Source of the DNA: Candidatus Saccharimonadota bacterium
Lineage (GTDB): Bacteria > Patescibacteriota > Saccharimonadia > Saccharimonadales > Saccharimonadaceae
Direction of reading: 5' to 3'
Length of the DNA stretch: 32,000 nt
Assembly: GCA_039920285.1 (NCBI GenBank)
Contig: JBDSDX010000001.1
Coordinates: 360,001 to 392,000, forward strand
Positions 7,869-16,055 of this stretch are shown here, one piece after another. Each line of letters starts with the position of its first letter. Within the stretch, counting starts at the first letter, position 1. The notes below the pieces were generated by a model that had not been told where the DNA came from, searched no databases, and saw nothing but the letters and a program-made list of their open reading frames with translations. The position numbers were made by a program, and so were the translations under genes.

Positions 7869-9044
7869 ATGAAACGATTACTGCGTAAAGCCACCACGAT
7901 TATAGGCGTCAGTGTTATTGCTGTTGGTCTTTTAGTATGTAGCCTCCTTTCCTTCAACCAAACTGCCGGTGCAACCAACCAGTCGGGTCGTTTGATCACC
8001 ATTCACGACCGTGGTGATGAAAAAGTACTCCTGTCGAACGCAGCGACTATCGGTGATGCATTGAAAGATGCGGGCATTGTAATTGATAATCGTGACGCGG
8101 TTGAACCGAAGGCCGACGTAAAGCTTGTTGCGAGTGAATATCAGATCAACATCTACCGCGCTCGACCGGTCTTGATTATCGATGGCGCTACTCGCCAAAA
8201 GATCGTGACTCCGTATCAAACACCGGAACAGATCTTGAAAGATGTTGGGACGACGCTGTATCCAGAAGACAAAGCGAAGATTACTCAATCTGAAAATATT
8301 CTGGTTGATGGTGCTGGCCTCCTTTTGACTATTGATCGAGCAACTGTCTTCAATTTCAATTTGTATGGCAATAGAACAGAAGCCCGGACCCAGGGAGCGA
8401 CTGTGGCCGATATGCTGAGAGCAAAAGGACTTGAACTTGACGCCAGCGACCGCGTCTCGGTTCCACTCACCACTCCAATAACACCGGGACTTGAAGTTCG
8501 TGTCTGGCGCGAAGGAAAGCAAACGGTGACGGTTCAGGAACCAGTGCAATTTGATACAGAGCAGATTCGTGATGCTGACCACGAAATAGGATATAAAGCC
8601 GTTCAGACGGCAGGGCAAGTCGGGCAACGAAATGTGACGTATGAAATTGAGATTCAAGACGGCGTCGAAGTAAACCGTAAAGAAATCGTCTCGCTTGTGA
8701 CGACTGAACCGCTCAAACAGATTGAAATTATTGGTGTCAAACCGAAGACACTCCCATACACAGGAGGAGGTACTAAGTCAGAGTGGTTAGGTGCATCGAA
8801 TATTGCCGAGAGCGACTGGGGTTATGCCGACTTCATGGTTGGGAGAGAAAGTGGATGGAATCCAAACTCAGTAAATAAATCATCTGGAGCGTGTGGCTTA
8901 GCACAAGCCTTGCCATGTTCAAAGGTACCTGGTAACCCGTATAACCCTATCGATTCGCTCAACTGGATGAATAGCTACGTGAATGGACGTTATGGAGGCT
9001 GGGCAAATGCCTATGCATTCTGGAATGCGCACCATTGGTATTAA
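7869..9044 (+). CDS. Secreted or anchored cell-wall protein: DUF348-like repeats, G5 domain and a C-terminal transglycosylase-like domain (RpfB/YabE architecture)
   Basis: 391 aa with an N-terminal signal anchor. The G5-like region reads VTVQEPVQFDTEQIRD...GYKAVQTAGQVGQRNVTYE. The C-terminus reads GACGLAQALPCSKV...RYGGWANAYAFWNAHHWY. Confidence 0.85.
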   Translation: MKRLLRKATTIIGVSVIAVGLLVCSLLSFNQTAGATNQSGRLITIHDRGDEKVLLSNAATIGDALKDAGIVIDNRDAVEPKADVKLVASEYQINIYRARPVLIIDGATRQKIVTPYQTPEQILKDVGTTLYPEDKAKITQSENILVDGAGLLLTIDRATVFNFNLYGNRTEARTQGATVADMLRAKGLELDASDRVSVPLTTPITPGLEVRVWREGKQTVTVQEPVQFDTEQIRDADHEIGYKAVQTAGQVGQRNVTYEIEIQDGVEVNRKEIVSLVTTEPLKQIEIIGVKPKTLPYTGGGTKSEWLGASNIAESDWGYADFMVGRESGWNPNSVNKSSGACGLAQALPCSKVPGNPYNPIDSLNWMNSYVNGRYGGWANAYAFWNAHHWY

Positions 9045-9045
9045 G

Positions 9046-9822
9046 ATGACTGGCCCAAAGAAATCACTTGGACAACACTGGCTCAAGGATCGTGACGTTT
9101 TATCGGCGATTGCCGACGCTGCTGACATTAATCCTGAAGATACTGTTTTAGAGATTGGCCCAGGACTCGGGACGCTGACGAGTGAACTCCTTCGTCGGGC
9201 GGCTAAAGTGGTGGCTGTTGAGCTTGACGATGAACTTGCCGCAAAGCTACCTGGCCAATTCCCTGGGACTGCACTTGAAGTCGTTCATGAAGATATTCTC
9301 CAATTTGATCTCTCTGTTTTACCAGAACACTACGTTGTCGTGGCAAATGTGCCGTATTATATTACGTCAAAGATTATTCAGATGTTGCTTGCGAACCCAA
9401 ATAAACCACGACAAATCGTGTTGTTGATCCAAAAAGAAGTTGCCCAGCGACTCGCTGCGAAACCAGGAGATTTAAGTATTCTGGCTATTAGTGCCCAGGC
9501 ATTCGCTGAAGTAAGTCTTGACCAAGAAGTCCCGGCTCGCTTTTTCACGCCACCGCCCAAAGTGGACAGTCAAGTTATCGTTTTGAAGACTCGCCAGGAA
9601 TCACTCATAAAAGATATCGACGAAAAAGCATTTTTCCGTGTCGTAAAAGCTGGTTTTTCTGCAAAACGTAAGAAACTCCGTAGCAGTCTTTCCGCTGGTC
9701 TTGGACTTTCTAAGCCTGATCTTGAAGCCTTGCTTGTGACTGCCAAAATTGATCCTGATGTACGCGCTGAAGCCCTATCGATCGATGATTGGGTTCGCCT
9801 CACAAAAATTGTGAATGCATAG
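9046..9822 (+). CDS. rsmA: 16S rRNA (adenine1518/1519-N6)-dimethyltransferase
   Basis: Contains KSLGQHWL, EIGPGLGTLT and NVPYYITS. I placed the start at the ATG at 9046, directly after the upstream stop, rather than the ORF-track start at 8983. Confidence 0.9.
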   Translation: MTGPKKSLGQHWLKDRDVLSAIADAADINPEDTVLEIGPGLGTLTSELLRRAAKVVAVELDDELAAKLPGQFPGTALEVVHEDILQFDLSVLPEHYVVVANVPYYITSKIIQMLLANPNKPRQIVLLIQKEVAQRLAAKPGDLSILAISAQAFAEVSLDQEVPARFFTPPPKVDSQVIVLKTRQESLIKDIDEKAFFRVVKAGFSAKRKKLRSSLSAGLGLSKPDLEALLVTAKIDPDVRAEALSIDDWVRLTKIVNA

Positions 9823-9828
9823 TGCTCA

Positions 9829-9837
9829 TGCTAAGAT
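9829..9837 (+). promoter_or_regulatory. Extended -10 box TGcTAAGAT 9 nt upstream of the pilin ATG
   Basis: TG at 9829-9830, TAAGAT at 9832-9837, ATG at 9847. Confidence 0.4.
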
Positions 9838-9846
9838 AAAAACACT

Positions 9847-11190
9847 ATGCGATATGCGCTTCGATCCAAAAATCTACAAGGCTTTACAATTGTCGAATTA
9901 CTGATAGTTATTGTCATCATTGGGATACTGGCGGCAATCGTCATCGTTTCTTATACCGGGCTTCAATCATCAGCCATTGATAAGGGAGTTTCATCCGATC
10001 TTGACGGCGTACAAGCTGAAGTTACTCGCTACCAACTCAAAAATGGTGGCTATCTAAGTAGTGATAATAGTGGAAGTGGTGTCACTTGGTACTCTGGTGG
10101 CGCAGTGAATACTAATATTACATTTACCCCTAGTGGTTCAAATGTCATTGATGTCGTGGCAAATAAAACTGATTACTGTATTCGCGCCTATAATACTTCG
10201 GCTTCAACGAAAAAATCGCTCACAACGGCAGCTTATAAAGAATCGACAGCAGGGACGTGCGATAATTTAGCTCCTTCGAATAGTGCTATTGCTGGTGATC
10301 CAACTTATGGTGCTGACTACGCTAATCTTACCTGGACACAACGGATTGGTCCTGGCATGAAGAACTGGAAGGCTGTCGCGTCGTCAGCGGACGGCACCAA
10401 GCTCGCTGCTGTCGTAAACAGTGGTTTTATCTATACCTCAACTGACTCTGGTGCGACCTGGACACAACGAGACTCGAGCCGGTCATGGACGAATGTCGCG
10501 TCGTCAGCGGACGGCACAAAGCTTGTCGCTACGACCTACGGTTTTATCTATACCTCAACTGACTCTGGTGCGACCTGGACACAACGAGCGAGTGGACAGT
10601 ATTGGGAATCAATCGCCTCGTCAGCTAACGGTACAATTTTGTACGCAGGAACAAGCACTGTGTCTATGTCAACTGACTCTGGTGTCACATGGACGGTGAC
10701 GAGCGCGCCATTTGCAGGCAGTAGTTGGTACACCCTTGCAGTGTCAGCGGACGGCACGAAAGTGGTTGGTGGTCCAAACAATAATTACGTGTATACATCC
10801 TCGGATAGCGGCGCAACATGGGTTCAAAGAACCACTAGTGGGTCGAATTTCTGGTATAAAGCGATTTCATCATCATCAGGTACAAAAATAGCCATTTCTC
10901 AACAAGCATCAACCGCTATTATCTCTACTGATAGTGGTGCGACTTGGACTGATAGTGGTCAAGGCGCCGGTTACTGTGCTGGTTTGGGTGGTTCAGCAGA
11001 TGGATCGAAGTTAATCGCAAGTACAAACTCGACAACAGTGGGACGCTCAATCAATGGTGGTGCGACATGGACAGCGTCGACACCTGGGTCGGCTGGTTGC
11101 TATGACATCTTCGCAATGTCAGCAGACGGCAAGAAAATCATTGCAGCTCAATCTGGCGAATATCTCTACACCGGCCTCTACTCGCAGTAG
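9847..11190 (+). CDS. Type IV pilin-like protein fused to a BNR/Asp-box beta-propeller
   Basis: 447 aa. Class III signal QG/FTIVELLIVIVIIGILAAIV with Glu at +5. This is followed by 6-7 repeats of ..ASSADGTKL...YTSTDSGATWTQR (S-x-D-x-G-x-T-W Asp boxes). Confidence 0.85.
   Translation: MRYALRSKNLQGFTIVELLIVIVIIGILAAIVIVSYTGLQSSAIDKGVSSDLDGVQAEVTRYQLKNGGYLSSDNSGSGVTWYSGGAVNTNITFTPSGSNVIDVVANKTDYCIRAYNTSASTKKSLTTAAYKESTAGTCDNLAPSNSAIAGDPTYGADYANLTWTQRIGPGMKNWKAVASSADGTKLAAVVNSGFIYTSTDSGATWTQRDSSRSWTNVASSADGTKLVATTYGFIYTSTDSGATWTQRASGQYWESIASSANGTILYAGTSTVSMSTDSGVTWTVTSAPFAGSSWYTLAVSADGTKVVGGPNNNYVYTSSDSGATWVQRTTSGSNFWYKAISSSSGTKIAISQQASTAIISTDSGATWTDSGQGAGYCAGLGGSADGSKLIASTNSTTVGRSINGGATWTASTPGSAGCYDIFAMSADGKKIIAAQSGEYLYTGLYSQ
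10375..10611 (+). repeat. Two tandem intragenic units (120 and 117 nt) encoding adjacent propeller blades
   Basis: A 23-nt identical run starts at 10375 and again at 10495. A 49-nt perfect repeat occurs at 10423-10471 and 10540-10588. A degenerate third unit starts near 10612. Confidence 0.85.
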
Positions 11191-11199
11191 TCGATGATC

Positions 11200-11208
11200 T
11201 GTTACAAT
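11200..11208 (+). promoter_or_regulatory. Extended -10 box TGtTACAAT 8 nt upstream of the metG ATG
   Basis: TG at 11200-11201, TACAAT at 11203-11208, ATG at 11217, no Shine-Dalgarno sequence. Confidence 0.45.
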
Positions 11209-11216
11209 AGTCAGTA

Positions 11217-12704
11217 ATGGAAAAGAAACTCTACATTGCAACCGCTATTCCTTATGTGAACGGCACACCCCATATCGGCAACGCGCTTGATTATTTGATT
11301 GCTGACATTTGGACTCGATATCAAATTCAACAAGGCCATGAAGTCCGCTTTCAAGTGGGTACTGACGAGCATGGCAACAAAATTGCCGCTAAGGCTGCTG
11401 AGGTGGGTCTTGACCCCAAATCTTTCACTGATAAGATGTATGTTAACTTTGAAGCATTGATGAAGAAAGTGGGAGCGAGCTACACTGATTTCATTCGTAC
11501 CACTGATGAACACCACGTTGCTTCTGTCCAATACATTTGGGAAAAGCTGAAGCCCTACATTTACAAGGGTTCATACCAGGGCTGGTACTGTGTTGGACAT
11601 GAGGCCTTTTTCACCGATAAAGAGGTGCAAGCCACCAATGGAGTCTGTCCTGATCACCAGGCACCGTATCAACAGGTGAGTGAAGAAAACTATTTCTTTA
11701 AAACGAGTGCGTTTACTGAACAAATTCGAACCGCACTGAGTGACGGAACGATGCAGATTTATCCCGAGTTCCGTAAACTCGAATTTCTTGAATTAATCAA
11801 AGATGGTTTGGCTGACGTGAGTGTGTCTCGTCCTAAGAAAAGTCTGACATGGGGTATTCCTGTGCCTGGTGATCCTGAGCAAATCATGTATGTCTGGCTC
11901 GATGCTCTTGCGAATTACATTACGGTTATTGGGTACCCTGATCGTGCGGAATGGCAACAGTATTGGCCTGCAGATGTGCAGGTGATTGGAAAAGATATCC
12001 TCCGTTTCCACGCTGGCATTTGGCCGGCAATGTTACTTGGCCTTGGTCTTCCCTTGCCTAAGAAACTCCTCGCTCACGGTTTCGTGAATATTGGTGGTGC
12101 TAAAATTAGCAAATCTGTCGGAAACACTATCGATCCAAATGAGATCATCGACAACTATGGGGTTGATGCCTTCCGTTATTTCTTCTCGCGGCACATTCCA
12201 ACCCTTGAAGACGGTGATTTTACTTGGGAAAAATTCGAAAATGCCTACAATAACGAGCTCGGTAATGACCTCGGTAATTTGATTCAACGTGTCGCCAGTA
12301 TGATTACCAAATATCAATCTGGTGTTATTGGTGAGTCTGCTCAGACGGAGCACGATATGAGTGCATATCACGAAGCGATGGATGGTCTTGAATTTAACAA
12401 AGCAATCGACGAAGTGTGGAATATGGTTCGAAGCCTCAACCAGTATATTGATAGTGTCAAACCATGGCATGTTGCGAAGGAAATCGGCAAAGACCCCGAT
12501 GCTGAAGCTCACCTGTCTGAAATTCTTGCTCATTGTGCGGGAGCTTTGGTTCAAATCGGCGACTTATTGATGCCATTCTTGCCATCAACTGCACTTGCTA
12601 TCCAACAAATCTTTGAAAGTGGTGTTATCAAACAGAGCGATGGTGTCCTCTTCCCGAAGAAATACCTCCATACGCCGGCGCCAACTCAGCAACCAGTAAA
12701 GTAA
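11217..12704 (+). CDS. metG: Methionine--tRNA ligase (short form without a C-terminal tRNA-binding domain)
   Basis: 495 aa. Contains AIPYVNGTPHIGN (the HIGH region) and KISKSVGN (the KMSKS region). Confidence 0.93.
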   Translation: MEKKLYIATAIPYVNGTPHIGNALDYLIADIWTRYQIQQGHEVRFQVGTDEHGNKIAAKAAEVGLDPKSFTDKMYVNFEALMKKVGASYTDFIRTTDEHHVASVQYIWEKLKPYIYKGSYQGWYCVGHEAFFTDKEVQATNGVCPDHQAPYQQVSEENYFFKTSAFTEQIRTALSDGTMQIYPEFRKLEFLELIKDGLADVSVSRPKKSLTWGIPVPGDPEQIMYVWLDALANYITVIGYPDRAEWQQYWPADVQVIGKDILRFHAGIWPAMLLGLGLPLPKKLLAHGFVNIGGAKISKSVGNTIDPNEIIDNYGVDAFRYFFSRHIPTLEDGDFTWEKFENAYNNELGNDLGNLIQRVASMITKYQSGVIGESAQTEHDMSAYHEAMDGLEFNKAIDEVWNMVRSLNQYIDSVKPWHVAKEIGKDPDAEAHLSEILAHCAGALVQIGDLLMPFLPSTALAIQQIFESGVIKQSDGVLFPKKYLHTPAPTQQPVK

Positions 12705-12715
12705 CGGATAGTTTT

Positions 12716-13465
12716 ATGTTCGTCGATACACATTGTCATATTCATGAAGCCGATTACCCTATAGATAGGGATGAGGTGGTGACACTTGCACGAGAAGCGG
12801 GAGTTACAGAACTTCTATGTATTGGCACGAGTGAAGAAAGCTCACGTCAGGCGATCAAGTTTGCGGCAACTCGGGATGATACCTACGCCTCAATTGGCGT
12901 GCATCCACACGACACGAAAGACGGATATGGAGAAATCGCCGTATTAGCTGGTTCATCTGAGAAAATCGTTGCTGTTGGAGAGATTGGTCTCGATTATTTT
13001 TATACTAATAGTCCTCGTGAGATGCAGCTTGAAGCGCTTAAAGCCCAAATCCAGGTTGCACTTGATCATAAGCTGCCAATAATCTTTCACGTTCGAGAGG
13101 CTTTTGATGATTTTTGGCCAGTGTTTGATTCGTTTGAAGGAATTCGCGGCGAATTACATAGTTTTACGGATACAAAAGAGAATCTAACGAAAGCAATAGA
13201 ACGAGGATTATATATTGGTGTGAATGGGATCAGTACCTTCACGAAAGATGAAGCTCAAAAAGCGATGTTTGATGCGATTCCTCTCGACAAACTGCTACTT
13301 GAAACAGATGCGCCCTTCTTGACGCCTGCCCCATTACGTGGTAAGATAAACCAGCCAGCATACGTGAGGAATGTCGCTGAGTACCACGCTGAACGGCGCG
13401 GTATCTCTATTGAGCTGATAGCTCAAGCGACTACTGACAATGCTCACGCGCTATTTGCGCTCTAA
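12716..13465 (+). CDS. TatD-family metal-dependent hydrolase/DNase
   Basis: 249 aa. Contains DTHCHI, GEIGLDY, FHVREA and LLETDAPF. Confidence 0.9.
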   Translation: MFVDTHCHIHEADYPIDRDEVVTLAREAGVTELLCIGTSEESSRQAIKFAATRDDTYASIGVHPHDTKDGYGEIAVLAGSSEKIVAVGEIGLDYFYTNSPREMQLEALKAQIQVALDHKLPIIFHVREAFDDFWPVFDSFEGIRGELHSFTDTKENLTKAIERGLYIGVNGISTFTKDEAQKAMFDAIPLDKLLLETDAPFLTPAPLRGKINQPAYVRNVAEYHAERRGISIELIAQATTDNAHALFAL

Positions 13466-13483
13466 CCCCTAAAGTTCTGCGAG

Positions 13484-14272
13484 ATGACTACCACCACTAA
13501 TCAGGCCCCAGATGCCAATAGCACCTATCGATATCCTGCTCAAAATACAGGAGATTCTTTTACGGGTCCTGTGTCTCAATCATCAGAACAACCAACCCCA
13601 CGGTCGTCAGAACTTACTCCCGACCTCTTAAGAAGTGATCGTGAAGCACATATTGCTGAAGCGACTTTTTTGGCTATGTCTGCATTCGAGCGAGAAGGAA
13701 GCACCCCATTATTCCATAAAACTGCTGAACTGCTTGGTGACCGCGAACGCATGAAACTGCGTCCTGAAGTTGAAGAATTTCGTCGTATCTTTCAATCACT
13801 GGGTATCATGCAAGATAAGTACATGGACGAAACGTTTGATAACCCTGCACTCCTCGTTCAATTGGTGAATATGTTCGGTAAGCGACGTGTATCAGAAGTT
13901 GACCGTGAAGAATTTCGCAAACGGTTAATCGATGAAGAAACCTCGTTAAGTCCAAAAATATTCGCAGAAGTGCCTGAAAATCAAAAACCGAAACATCATG
14001 TCTGGGAAATGCACCATATCGACGGACATGTATTCTGGACAATGTATGATCCATCAGTTTCTAAAGAACCACTTTCAACTATTCACTACACGCCAACCTA
14101 CGACGGTGCGACTAAAACACAGAGCTTCCTTAACGATAGTCGTCTTATTCACGAAGTTGTTGAAGATACTGAGCTAAAAACGGTCGTATATTATCTCAGT
14201 AAGCTTGAAAGTCTCGTTGCGAACGAACTATATCTCAAACCTCAAAATGGCCGACGTGGCCGTCATTCTTAG
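13484..14272 (+). CDS. Hypothetical protein
   Basis: 262 aa with host-like composition and no recognised family. Has a disordered N-terminus and the His-rich patch HHVWEMHHIDGH. Confidence 0.65.
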   Translation: MTTTTNQAPDANSTYRYPAQNTGDSFTGPVSQSSEQPTPRSSELTPDLLRSDREAHIAEATFLAMSAFEREGSTPLFHKTAELLGDRERMKLRPEVEEFRRIFQSLGIMQDKYMDETFDNPALLVQLVNMFGKRRVSEVDREEFRKRLIDEETSLSPKIFAEVPENQKPKHHVWEMHHIDGHVFWTMYDPSVSKEPLSTIHYTPTYDGATKTQSFLNDSRLIHEVVEDTELKTVVYYLSKLESLVANELYLKPQNGRRGRHS

Positions 14273-14280
14273 TCTTTAAC

Positions 14281-14289
14281 TGGTATAAT
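14281..14289 (+). promoter_or_regulatory. Extended -10 box TGgTATAAT 6 nt upstream of the GTG start of the cysteine desulfurase gene
   Basis: TG at 14281-14282, TATAAT at 14284-14289, GTG at 14296. Confidence 0.45.
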
Positions 14290-14295
14290 TAAACA

Positions 14296-15450
14296 GTGAA
14301 CGACGAGGTAATATATCTTGATCATGCGGCGGCGACGCCCATGGATCCTAAAGTGGTGGCAGCAATGCAACCTTATTTTTCTGACGATTTTTATAACCCA
14401 TCAGCACCGTATGCTCCTGCAATAACTGTTCGTCGTGCCTACGAGCAGGCAAAACAAACAATAGGCCAAACGATTGGTGTAAAAGGTGAAGAACTTATTA
14501 TTACGGCTGGTGCGACGGAATCTATAAACTTAGCTTTTAATGGTCTGACGGGCCATGTTGTGTCTGCAAATGTTGAACATCATGCAGTTCTTGAAGCAGC
14601 GAAGCGTTTTGAACACACACTTGTCGAAGCTGATAAGCGAGGTGTTGTATCCGCGGATAGTATCAAGGATGCGATTCGACCAGATACGCAATTGGTGAGT
14701 ATTGCTCTCGCGAACAATGAGCTAGGAACTATTCAGCCACTTCGTGACATCGCACAAGTTGTGAAGAACGAGCGTGAAGCTCGTCTGGCGCGCGGTGACC
14801 ACACACCAATCTATCTTCATAGTGATGCTTCGCAGGGTGTCGGACAACTCGATGTGAACGTTGCCCGGCTTGGCGTCGACCTTTTAACTCTCAATGCGGC
14901 GAAGGTGTATGGACCTAAACAAGTCGGTCTTCTATGGGCAGCGACATATGTTTCGCTCTCGCCATCCATCGTCGGTGGTGGACAAGAACGTGGACTCCGA
15001 AGTGGGACAGAAAATGTCGCCGGTACGATTGGTTTTGCTAAGGCAATGGAACTTGCAAACGAGCACCGCAAATACGAGAGCGATCGTTTAACGAAACTTC
15101 GAGATAATCTTCAAAAAGAATTAACCACTGCCTTTCCCGGTGCGGTTGTTTCAGGTCATCAAAAACACCGCCTGGCGGGTCATCTCCATATTTCATTTCC
15201 ACATCTTGATGCGGAACGGGTTTTGTTTGCGCTCGAGAATCGAAACGTCTTAGTTGCAACAGGAAGTGCCTGCGCTGCCAATAAAGGAACGCGCTCGCAT
15301 GTTCTGACTGCTATTGGGTTGGATCCCGAAGTCGCTGACGGAAGTCTACGCATGACACTCGGCCATCTATCGACAGAAGAGAATATTGCACATGCTGCGG
15401 TGATTATTCGTGAGGAAATTCAACGTGAGTACGACAGGGCTAGTCGATGA
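14296..15450 (+). CDS. Cysteine desulfurase, NifS/IscS family (class V aminotransferase)
   Basis: 384 aa. Contains YLDHAAATP, a region consistent with the PLP-lysine site (TLNAAKVYGPK), and the catalytic loop ATGSACAA. Confidence 0.9.
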   Translation: MNDEVIYLDHAAATPMDPKVVAAMQPYFSDDFYNPSAPYAPAITVRRAYEQAKQTIGQTIGVKGEELIITAGATESINLAFNGLTGHVVSANVEHHAVLEAAKRFEHTLVEADKRGVVSADSIKDAIRPDTQLVSIALANNELGTIQPLRDIAQVVKNEREARLARGDHTPIYLHSDASQGVGQLDVNVARLGVDLLTLNAAKVYGPKQVGLLWAATYVSLSPSIVGGGQERGLRSGTENVAGTIGFAKAMELANEHRKYESDRLTKLRDNLQKELTTAFPGAVVSGHQKHRLAGHLHISFPHLDAERVLFALENRNVLVATGSACAANKGTRSHVLTAIGLDPEVADGSLRMTLGHLSTEENIAHAAVIIREEIQREYDRASR

Positions 15451-16055
15451 TTAAGTGGTTGATTATTGTTGTCGTCGGACTGGCCGCTATTATTGTAGGC
15501 ATTAGTTTTTACCTACAACCGAATAATTTTATCGGATGTAGTGAGACACCATCTCCAGGCAGTGGAAATTGTGAAAAACTCGATGCCATTGTTGTCGTCA
15601 GTGGTGGTGATACGAATGCTCGTACGGATGAAGGAATTAAATTATTCAAAAACGGCTGGGCTGATACAATTATCTTTTCAGGTGCCGCTAAGGATAAGAA
15701 TAGTATTAGCAATGCTGCAGCCATGCGGCTCCGTGCGCTCAACAAGGACGTGCCTGCTGACTCAATTTTAGTTGATGAATTTGCTGAGACGACAGAGCAG
15801 AATGCTGCAAATACGCAGTCAATTTTCAAGATTCATGGCTTCAATAAAGTCATGCTTGTGACATCTGGATATCACCAACGCCGTGCCGATCTTGAGTTTG
15901 AAAAAAGAGCAGGTGATATTCACATTCTTAATCACCCACTGCTTAATGACAAAGACTGGTCATATGCATTTTGGTGGGTGAGTCCGCGTGGATGGTGGCT
16001 TGCTGGTGGTGAAATTGTGAAGATCATCGCGTTCTACGTTACGGGGACAGTATGA
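15447..16055 (+). CDS. DUF218 (YdcF/SanA/ElyC-like) membrane-anchored protein
   Basis: 202 aa. N-terminal transmembrane segment, then VVVSGG....R and VTSGYHQRRA motifs. The ATGA start overlaps the upstream stop. Confidence 0.8.
   Translation: MIKWLIIVVVGLAAIIVGISFYLQPNNFIGCSETPSPGSGNCEKLDAIVVVSGGDTNARTDEGIKLFKNGWADTIIFSGAAKDKNSISNAAAMRLRALNKDVPADSILVDEFAETTEQNAANTQSIFKIHGFNKVMLVTSGYHQRRADLEFEKRAGDIHILNHPLLNDKDWSYAFWWVSPRGWWLAGGEIVKIIAFYVTGTV

Noticed and set aside
7932-8657. Long antisense ORFs inside genes: 7932..8657 (-, 241 aa), 17631..18347 (-, 238 aa), 12033..12554 (-, 173 aa) and 4989..5426 (-, 145 aa)
   Set aside because: Each lies entirely opposite a confidently identified gene (the G5 protein gene, alaS, metG, and the acidic protein gene). 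None has a recognisable motif or upstream signal. They look like typical shadow ORFs.
8983-9045. The long ORF-track start for rsmA (8983), and similarly 23307 for ruvX, 23575 for mltG, 28118 for sbcB and 30093 for the small membrane protein
   Set aside because: The extensions overlap the preceding gene or RNA in another frame and add residues unlike the respective families. Internal ATGs coincide with the conserved N-termini.
10375-10800. The pilin-gene repeats as a CRISPR array or minisatellite
   Set aside because: The repeats are in-frame and about 117-120 nt long, encode propeller blades, and have no spacer-like unique inserts.
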